Below, in pieces: positions 55,412 through 64,000 of a DNA stretch of 64,000 bases. The notes beneath the pieces are model-generated. The model was not told the origin of the DNA, made no database searches, and saw only the letters and a list, made by a program, of their open reading frames with translations. A program made the position numbers and the translations under genes. Position 1 is the first letter of the stretch. Each line of letters starts with the position of its first letter. The stretch is taken from NCBI RefSeq assembly GCF_026571515.1, contig NW_026866645.1, positions 1 to 64,000 on the forward strand, given 5' to 3'. This DNA comes from Ruditapes philippinarum. Its lineage: Eukaryota.

Positions 55412-56585
55412 ATAGAGGATATTTGTTTGTTTGTGTGTAAGATGAAATTTTATTTCATCGAGTGGGCTTTAAAAACAGTATTCTCACGAGTGGCGTAGCC
55501 ACGAGTGAGAATACTGTTTTTAAAGTTCACGAGATGAAATAAAATTACATCTTACACAACAAACAGACAAATTTTCTTTTTATTTTATGCTTTAAAACAA
55601 GTTAAAACGGAATTTCCATAATTTTAACGTTGATATTAAAATCTGTTTCCCCCGTTGAGAGCCCCATTTAGAGGGAATTTCTCATTAAAAACAAGAAGTC
55701 TTGAGCTGCAAAATAAGTCCGCCAATGAAGGTTAAATGAATGTGATATTTATTCATCTTATCAAAAAATATGAATGATCGCTTGTTTTAATAATAAAAAC
55801 AAACAATTCTTGTAGGAGAAAAAGTCCAACCATCCATCCATATATCTGTTACTTACTGCGAATTTATATTAGACCTGGCTTTGTAAAATGTAAACGGCAG
55901 CCATTTTTTAAAGTCGTGTATTTCATGGGAGGAAAATAATTGTGTAAGATACAGAAGGATATAATTTGGATTTGTTAGTCATACACCTTTTTAAAAGAAA
56001 GAAAACTTATTTGAGGATTGTAACAGACAAAAAATAAGTGTTGACAGAAGTGAAAACATTCAGAAAAGGAGCTAGGAAAATGGAAAACTTGGAAGCTTGC
56101 TAAGGCATTGTAAGGAACGCTGGGTTGATTTACTTATTTTACGAGTGATAGCTGTCAATGCTTTTCAATTTTTCATAAAGCATACGGCAGTTATTGCTCG
56201 TAGGATACTTTAATATGCCCAAATGTCATCAAGAGCAGTTTTGCATGGGGAAGGAATGTATTTTTCAGACTGTAAAAACGAAACAAAAAAATTTAGAGAC
56301 GAAATTTTGTGATTGGAATTTGAAGGAATAGAAGTAAGTTTTCTCTCTTTTAATACTTTTGACATTTATGTTATTTATCTATTTCAGCTTTGCTATTTTT
56401 TTAACAGCCTGATATTGTCAGAATTGTCAGTAAAAATAAAATTGAGGTACCACATGGGGAAAATCTTAAAAAAGTAGTTTCGTCATTGAAAAAAGTGAAA
56501 TTATATTTTGATAATTTTCACTGTGAAATTATCAAATATAATTTTCACGGATAAATCAGTAATCCACTGAAAAGCATAAAATAAA
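55412..56585 (+). mobile_element. Hairpin-ended non-autonomous element (Crypton-like by inference), nested in the split-repeat element
   Basis: Starts ATAGAGGATATT with a ~165-bp hairpin. TTTATTTTATGCTTT (55579-55593) is inverted at the far end (56571-56585). Second hairpin at ~56495-56548. Confidence 0.7.
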
Positions 56586-58538
56586 TTTCAATGTACAGTT
56601 TCATTTATAAACCTGTTGCTGGGAGTGTAAAATTTATCTACATGTTTAAATGTCAGATCGTTTATGCTAGCAAATATGCGCGTTTAGAGAGAGATTTTAC
56701 ATCTGTTAGGATAGACGTATGTATAGCGGGTTATTTTTTTTTTTTTTTATTGAGAAGATAATTTTTGTTGTTTAGCTACAGCTTTAATTTTGTGTTAAGG
56801 TAAATTAAAACTTCATGTCTTAGTTTAAGATGCCATCATGGTTATATTTTAATTCTATCGATTTAAGATCTATTTGGATATTACACATATGTTACAGCTT
56901 TACTTTCAAAAGGTAATTTTAATAAGGACAACATTTATTTCAGTCACAAGTTTACTTTATGTCATGGAGACAAGGGCCTCTGACATACAAAGTGCTTTCT
57001 AACATATAAAGTCAATTAAATCCAATGTGCCAATAAAATGTTGTCTTATAATAGGTTGTTTAGTTTCCTTATCATCTTGTGATGTATATATTTTTAATAT
57101 TCTTCTTTGTTTTCTTTTTAAGTTTATTTTTCATTAGCATTGTTTCAGACATTTAAAGAATAATTTTGTTTTCTTCCTTTTACTTGACTAGTCAATTTCA
57201 TTCAAGAAGTTTTGGTTGGGGGAATTGTGTTTTACACAATTTGTGGCAATATTCTTAGAACCCAACCTTTGATAATTTTTGGGATACGTGTGTATATATT
57301 TTTATATACATTTTTCAGAAATGTTTGCTGCTTTGTATACAATTTTATGTTATATTATAACTTTCATATTGTTATATATGTTTTTACGTCATTTATTATT
57401 AAATGGCCATTTCACAATTTTATGTTAGTTTGATAACTTTCATATCAACATTGTTTATATGTTTTTTCCGTCATTTACTATTAAATGGCCATTTCAATTT
57501 CAAAGTGTAGTTGTTATTCTTGAAAATTATCAAACAGAGAAAACTGAAAATTATCAAACAGAGAAAACTTCTTAAGGCAAAGATACAACAAATTGAAATG
57601 TTGACATAAAACTTAATTTATTGCAAAATAAATGTTTTTATGGTCACTTACAAGTTTGATGGTGGGTTTCATTAGGTCTTTAGTCATAGGTCGAAATATC
57701 TTGGGTTCGAAAAAGCCGTACTAGTAAGTACACTAAGTTTATCGTTATGAGTAAATACAATGTGATAATTTATGCTGTTTAAGTCCGCCATTTTAGAAGA
57801 AGAAATAATTCATAACAATTTTCAATAACCCACCATCCCACCCACATTCAGTATTCAATTTTTAACAAAATGATAAACATTCAATAACGTTTGGTGTATG
57901 TATATAATTTTATATACAAATGTTTTTTGGCAATATTCTTAGAACCCAACCTTTGATAACTTTTGGGATACGTGTGTATATATTTTTATATACATTTTTC
58001 AGAAATGTTTGCTGCTTTGTATACAATTTTTTGTTATATTATAACTTTCATATTGTTATATATGTTTTTACGTCATTTATTATTAAATGGCCATTTCACA
58101 ATTTTATGTTAGTTTGATAACTTTCATATCAACATTGTTTATATGTTTTTTCCGTCATTTATTATTAAATGGCCATTTCAATTTCAAAGTGTAGTTGTTA
58201 TTCTTGAAAATTATCAAACAGAGAAAACTGAAAATTATCAAACAGAGAAAACTTCTTAAGGCAAAGATACAACAAATTGAAATGTTGACATAAATATCGT
58301 TTATTTTGTATTCAAATCCATTTTATCAATAGATTTCATTTAAAAATATATTGTATACTACATTAAAATAGATATTTGAAAATTAAATGCATAATAACTG
58401 TACTTTTTTGATATAACTATTCTAAAGCTCTGATCAGACTAGTCAAGAAGAAGAAAATGAACTACATGTAAAATAAAAACTAAATAAAAAGAAAAAAAAA
58501 CAAACAAACAATTGAATGTATTTAGCTTTATACAGAAT

Positions 58539-58805
58539 TTGTTATGCCCCTACAATGTTGGGAGCATATAGCGTTGCACTTGTCCGTCCGTCCGAACGTC
58601 TGTCTGTCCGAGCAAACATTTTGGGTTTAGTGGCTATATAATAGTAAAGAGAAAAAAGAGAACAATAGGTTCATTCCGTGATCAAAGTGTTTAGGGGCTA
58701 GTAGCCCTTAAGAAAACAAAGAAAATAACAAAGAAAATAGCCCCTAAACCCAAAATGTTGGAACGTCCGTACGTCCCGAAATCTTGTGAACGCAACTCCT
58801 CTTAA
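58539..58805. mobile_element. Helentron-associated (HINE-like) end fragment with a nested ~145-bp MITE
   Basis: TTATGCCCC..GGGAGCATA hairpin followed by (GTCC)n microsatellite. Nested TIRs AACATTTTGGGTTTAGTGGCTAT (58615) / ATAGCCCCTAAACCCAAAATGTT (ends 58759). Confidence 0.65.
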
Positions 58806-59262
58806 CTCAAAATGAATTGATTCAATTGGTTTAATTGTACATAATTGATATATGATTAATATTTCGTTTGGATATGCGTGAAATGAAAAACAGGTTATAT
58901 TAACATACGATTACAAAACATGAACAATATGTGAGCAGGAAAATGTCTTATACAAAAATGAACAGAATCATAATTATTGAATGTAGCAAAAAAGCAAACC
59001 TGAATACATAAAAATTGGGAATACACAATGAGTAAATATTAATAATATGACCGGCGTAGGAAAAGGTTAATGGTCTGCCTATGTTTACACATGATATAAA
59101 AATGCAAACAATATGCACAAACCTCATATTATAAAGCTTTAACGCCATTTAGCAATAAACAAGCTTAACTGATACACAAAATGGTCATCATAGAAAAAAT
59201 AAAAATATCTTTGACTTATTGTCCATATGATACACGACATGTAAATCTATATTTCGTACAGT

Positions 59263-59606
59263 CTAAAGTCTTTTCTCAACAATGACTTTGTTTGGGTTGT
59301 ATCTTTTTACAAAGTGTCCAATTTGTTCCATATCCGGGCACCTTCCAGACACCATTTTCCATTTGAAGCGTTGCATCAAACATGCAAAGATCAAATGTAG
59401 TTGTGGTTTTGCTACAAATTCCCCAAGGCAAACTCTCTTTCCAGCCGAAAATGGCAACCAATTCTTAGGTTTAGGCCCTAGTTTGCCGTTTTCGTCCAAG
59501 TACCTTTCTGGCATAAATCGCTCGACCTCTTCCCATGCATCTGGGTCGTTGTGTAAGGCCCAGTGGTTGATGTTTACTGCTGTTCCTTTAGGAATTTTGT
59601 AACCGC
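59263..59606 (-). CDS. Cytochrome P450 (clan 2, CYP17-like), last exon
   Basis: TTTTGCAG| GGYKIPKGT..HWALHND..FMPERYL..PFSAGKRVCLG..*. PERF-type and heme-Cys motifs. Confidence 0.95.
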
Positions 59607-59883
59607 CTGCAAAACACAACATACAGTTTCAAACAAGAGAAAATTATTTAATAAACAGTAGTGTTTGATGAAAAGGTTAAAATTCTCAGCCAAACTAAGA
59701 AACAAATAATATATGATGCCACATAAGTTGGGCCTCGGTTTGCGTTTCTTTGTTGTACAGACTGCCATGCCCTGAGATTGTTTATAAAACGCTATGAACG
59801 GCAGCAAAAAGGACATTTAAAAATAAATGCAATAATTTTTGTTCTATTAACCAAAACAGGAAAAAAAAATGAAAAACGCTTAC

Positions 59884-60018
59884 CCACTTCAGTGTCACAG
59901 ATAGTCATGTGTTGTATTCCTAAGGGAACAACTGTTGACAGACGCATACTTTCATGTAGCACAGCTTCTGTGTAACTAAGATTTGGACGGTCATCAATTC
60001 CTGGTAATCTGTCCTTGC
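59884..60018 (-). CDS. Cytochrome P450 exon (K helix)
   Basis: GKDRLPGIDDRPNLSYTEAVLHESMRLSTVVPLGIQHMTICDTEV. ExxR motif; AG/GT ends, phase 1-1. Confidence 0.93.
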
Positions 60019-60160
60019 CTTTATTTCACCGAAGGAAATAAAAAGTATATCATGTCTAAATGATGCTCCACTAAGCAGAGCAAAGTAGAGTTACTATGAC
60101 CCTAACTTGCATCAAAGGCATGGCTACTATATAAAAGTGTTTCCATAATATAGAAACATT

Positions 60161-60690
60161 AACAAATACACTCATCCATGAATGACAAAGCTTTGCCCAA
60201 AAGAAGACAATATTTTCACAATTGTCATGTGTGACATACAAATGTGACCTTTACATTTTAACGTGATGTTTAGCCTATATGCGCAACAAATCTTTATCAT
60301 CACGTCTTACACATTTATGCCAAATTATTTATAAAAGTTCGTATCATGACTTTTATCTACAATTTACAAGTGTGAACTTGATCTTTGAGGTAGAAACCAA
60401 ATTCTTGCGCTCTGCACGTCGTTCTTATCTTTGCATAATGATTCTTAAATCCATTCTCCATTTATGACGGAATTGTTGATCACTTGGCAATGCTTGTTTC
60501 TAACGGAAATCAGTACATATTTATAAAACTTTCCTTTGACGTATGACCTTGACCTTTTAACTTCAGGCCTAGATGTTGCATTTGACAAAGTGTCCAAATG
60601 TGCTCAAATCCATCCAGAAATGACAAGGTAGGGGACTGACCGACGGCCGAAAGGGCATTCGTTACAAACATTATTGTGGGGACATACAAA
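60161..60690. mobile_element. Degenerate Helentron-associated (HINE-like) repeat in a P450 intron
   Basis: TGACCTTGACCTTT-type motifs repeated in ~150-bp units, GACTGACCGACGG microsatellite remnant, terminal GTGGGGACATA. Confidence 0.55.
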
Positions 60691-60845
60691 TACATTAATA
60701 CATGTAAATAGTTAAGTATATTAATAAATAAATTATTACAAAGAAATATTACATTTTAAGGGAAATGTGATTTTGTGTTAAAATCTATAAAGAGAATGTA
60801 CGGGATAAAGATTCATATTGTTTTATCATAATATTATCATCTTAC

Positions 60846-60950
60846 CAACGACCCTGTCTATCTCCTCTTGAACCTTTTCTTGTATATCAGGAAAAGCCAC
60901 CATGTGAAGTATCAAGCCTTGTAGTGTGAACCTTGATGTATCTATACCAC
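60846..60950 (-). CDS. Cytochrome P450 exon (I/J helices)
   Basis: GGIDTSRFTLQGLILHMVAFPDIQEKVQEEIDRVV. I-helix GGxDT; phase 1-1. Confidence 0.93.
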
Positions 60951-61252
60951 CTTAAATTCAAACGTATCTATTTTAGTCCGACTTTTTAGTTTCAATTTTT
61001 TTAATTTTATATTTGACTTTGGACCTTTAAAATGCTAGACTAATGGGCGTTGGATTTATTGTTCATGTAATTACTCCTTCCATTATAGTGACCGGCATTA
61101 GAACATTTGACAGCGTTATTCAGAAAATCATTTTTTTGTTGAAAAGAACAAAGAAAATGGCTGCTGGTCATTTGGATTTAAATGGAAAATCGATGAAGTC
61201 GAAAGTGCAAAAAACAACAACAAGAAAATAGCTTTAAATGTAAGTTGTTTAC

Positions 61253-61378
61253 CAAGAAAAATGTCAACTAAAGTCATAACTAGACGCTGGTCAGTAAAAT
61301 AATTAGTATCGGCACCATCCTCCGCGAGGGCCTCTTTACGTGCGAGTATCAGTGTGTCGGTGAAATGACGTATGTTAT
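61253..61378 (-). CDS. Cytochrome P450 exon (H/I helices)
   Basis: TTTCCAG| DNIRHFTDTLILARKEALAEDGADTNYFTDQRLVMTLVDIFL |GTAAAC. Confidence 0.92.
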
Positions 61379-62178
61379 CTGGAAATGAACACAATATAAT
61401 TATGCAAAAAACTGGCTTATTCCAACAGGAAAATCTATAGGTCATAACTGTGACTTTTGCATGATGTCTCATTTTAAGACGGTAGTTTTTTGCTTTGGTA
61501 TAATCAATGAGAGAATAATGATGTCGCAGTATAATAGCTGCAGGGGTTCCTCCGTGAGAGTGGTTGCGGCTGTGGGGTTTGTATCGCTTGCCTTTTACTA
61601 TTGTAACTTTGAATCCAGACTGGATTCTTGAATGTGATAAATTATGAAGCAAGCATACAGAAGGCTGTTGTTAAACTCGAAAAGGTCGAGGTATCTGAAA
61701 GTTGCCGACCTCGTTAAGATTGTACGTCGCCATAAAACCTTGTATATAGTCGGTTTGTCTTAAAGCCGCATGCCTGCAGAAAAGCAAAATAAAATTGTAA
61801 AACAATCAACATATATAAATATGTACTAAGATTATCTTTAAAGTGAAAGTATGCATAATTCAATAAATAATTAACATGTTGTATACAACTAATGATTGAT
61901 TTTGCAGTATTCAGCACACTATTTTTACTGCTTGACTAACGCAATGAGGACGAATTTCTTTTCATATTACGATCTATATTTTTGTAGTGTTCGTAGATTT
62001 TAACCATCACTTGCAATGGTTTAATTACAATACATTCATTGATCACTTGACGATATATACTTTGTAAAACATTTAAAAAAATTGCATGAAAACTAGCATG
62101 AATCTAGAAGCGCAATGCTTTAAAGTCCAAATCGAATATATATACGGTTGGTACTCTGCATATGTATCATTATGATAC

Positions 62179-62393
62179 CTTCATCAAATGTTTCCTCCGC
62201 CTCCTTTAGTTTGTTTGAAATATAAACATCAAAAACATCGTGAGCGAATTCTTTTAGGGCTTTTGTGACATCTGATTTGTAAATATATTTTAGTCCTGGA
62301 ATAAAATCTTCCACTGCTCCACTTCCAAGCTTATCAAAGAGAAGATCTTTCTTCTTTAGTATAAAATCCACCTCTTTATCCTCAAATGTGTAC
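62179..62393 (-). CDS. Cytochrome P450 exon (F/G region)
   Basis: KYTFEDKEVDFIL...AVEDFIPGLKYI...KEAEETFDE. Phase 2 in, phase 1 out, matching neighbours. Confidence 0.9.
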
Positions 62394-62491
62394 CTTTTGT
62401 CAAATGATATGTACATGCCATGCATGAAATATAGTATATAAAACGGAATCATTGAAAACAATTAACATTGTATAATTGTAATTGTGAAAAG

Positions 62492-62848
62492 CTATTTATC
62501 ACATACCCGTGCCGATTTTGCGACTCCGTAAATATGGTATTGCACGGCCGTGCATATATTTTGACGTGACGTCATTAGCGTTATACAAACATAGTGTAAA
62601 GACGCGCTAAATGTCAGCGTTATACTATAGGCGCGTCAATGAAAAATGACTCTTATTTCACTTTAAACGGACTTTATTTTGGTTATGTGATAAATAGAAT
62701 ATTAAATTCGTGTAAGTTCATAACTGAATTTATTGCACTCGTTGAATAAAATAATATTATGCTCGCCAGAGGCTCGCATAATATAATTTTATTCAACTCG
62801 TGCAATAAATTCAGTATTGAACTTACACTCATTTAATATCCTCTATTT
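62492..62848 (-). mobile_element. Hairpin-ended non-autonomous element (Crypton-like by inference)
   Basis: The minus strand starts ATAGAGGATATT with a ~150-bp hairpin. CTATTTATCACATA (62492) is inverted at 62684-62697. 6-bp direct repeat CTATTT at both ends. Confidence 0.72.
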
Positions 62849-63388
62849 TTGATTGTGATTGTTGATAGACTTCGGTGGTAAATAAAAGCAAATATATGAA
62901 AAGAAATTAGTTCAATTATATACAAAACCTTAAAGTAGAATGGTATATAATATATATTCTACACGTTGATTGTATCTTTTTCTCTTTCATCTCTTTCCAT
63001 TAAATTTTGATTTGTTGTCAAACTATAATCGATAAACTTTGACGCTTTAAAGACTTTAGAGGGCGCACATGTCAACGAACTAAAACCCCGCAAGGACATG
63101 TATAATGGTAAAAATGCCCTCGATTATAGATACTTTTCTTTTGCAATGGTATCGTAACTTTTACCTTTCGTTCCTGGACTCACAACCAATGGTTAATGAT
63201 AAAACTTCAACGTAGATAACGCGCCAAAAATGTAATCCTATAACAGTATCTGTATTACAAGCATATCATTATTTCCTTATAACCCAACACAAAGTTTACA
63301 GGGACAAACAAAAAAAGAGCCGTTTTCGTTGTAAATGTATCTTTTAACAAAAAAATAAAGATGTCAAACAATAAAGTAGAGTACCTAC

Positions 63389-63544
63389 TTTCCCCCGAAA
63401 CATAATCCAGTGAGAATATTGCCCACTATAAAGTGGATATATTCTGCAGGGTCGAATTCGCCTTGTATTTTGTCTACCTCAACAAAAGCTGTCTTCATAG
63501 CTTCATGAACGCGCGTTTGTAAAGCGTAACCTTTCATGTAATGA
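63389..63544 (-). CDS. Cytochrome P450 exon (D/E helices)
   Basis: TTTACAG| HYMKGYALQTRVHEAM..FDPAEYIHFIVGNILTGLCFGG |GTAGGT. Phase 2-2. Confidence 0.9.
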
Positions 63545-63893
63545 CTGTAAAGAGAGATAGAACACTTATCGAAGAACACTCAATATCGTATGTCGTAGCA
63601 CATACGTCATTGGAATCCTTACTAGACCAATTCTATTTCAAAGATATGTGTGAGTATTTTTGGAAATGTTTAAAATAAATATTGGCTTTGACTATATGCA
63701 TGTAGTGTATTTGGCTCTTAACATAAAAATGAATTACAAATAGAACTTCAAACACATGACTATAAATTGTATTGGCTATGACTATATGCATGTAGTGTAT
63801 TTGGCTCTGCAAGGCAACAACTGGTTTTAGAACCCCACTTATCATTAAAATGAATTACAAATAGAACTTCAAAAACTTGACTATAAATTTTAC

Positions 63894-63987
63894 CGTAAAG
63901 CCTTGGTTGCAATTGTCCTATGAACTTTCCATGTTGAGCTGTAACTACTAAGAGCAATGTCCTTCCCTCCACGTGTTAAACTATCAA
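63894..63987 (-). CDS. Cytochrome P450 exon (B'/C helix); upstream exon(s) lie outside the window
   Basis: DSLTRGGKDIALSSYSSTWKVHRTIATKALR. WxxxR motif. Confidence 0.9.
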
Positions 63988-64000
63988 CTTGAAAATATGA

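Larger units (their letters stand above)
53037..58294 (+). mobile_element. Non-autonomous split-direct-repeat (Ngaro/PAT-like) tyrosine-recombinase retroelement carrying only an SGNH hydrolase
   Basis: A1 53037-53257 = A2 57608-57828 (221 bp). B1 57244-57610 = B2 57928-58294 (367 bp). Order is A1-ORF-B1-A2-B2. AAA core is shared by both ends and the B1/A2 junction. Confidence 0.8.

Noticed and set aside
53037-57828. Ordinary LTR pair (A1/A2), or simple tandem duplication (B1/B2)
   Set aside because: No TG...CA ends, PBS or TSD; the interleaved A-B-A-B order with an exact end-to-start junction is explained by neither model.
57212-58117. Two paralogous small hydrophobic proteins (73 and 65 aa)
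   Set aside because: They are translations of the T-rich B1/B2 repeats.

Overview
AT-rich, intron-rich eukaryotic (animal) DNA. The SINE, MITE and Helentron-like repeats suggest a bivalve mollusc (inference). Host genes: (1) a five-coding-exon orexin/allatotropin-receptor-type class A GPCR on + (13725-22702), with a second, indel-damaged copy of its first coding exon 8.6 kb upstream; (2) the last seven exons of a clan-2, CYP17-like cytochrome P450 on - (59263-63987; the gene starts beyond the window). Mobile DNA: a two-LTR BEL/Pao retrotransposon (29346-37162) with near-identical LTRs, a disrupted gag-pol and an extra acidic reading frame; two tRNA-derived SINEs; several MITEs; Helentron-like pieces; and a cluster of local duplications at 40-51 kb. 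The most striking structure is a 5.26-kb element (53037-58294) with the A1...B1-A2-B2 split-direct-repeat layout of Ngaro/PAT tyrosine-recombinase retrotransposons. It encodes no RT, RNase H or recombinase, only an intact SGNH hydrolase, and carries a 7 x 112-bp array built from palindromes. Two hairpin elements starting ATAGAGGATATT contain an inverted internal copy of their own end-to-end junction. Three stretches look like unpolished long-read sequence, so some frameshifts may be artefacts. All coordinates and comparisons were made by eye.
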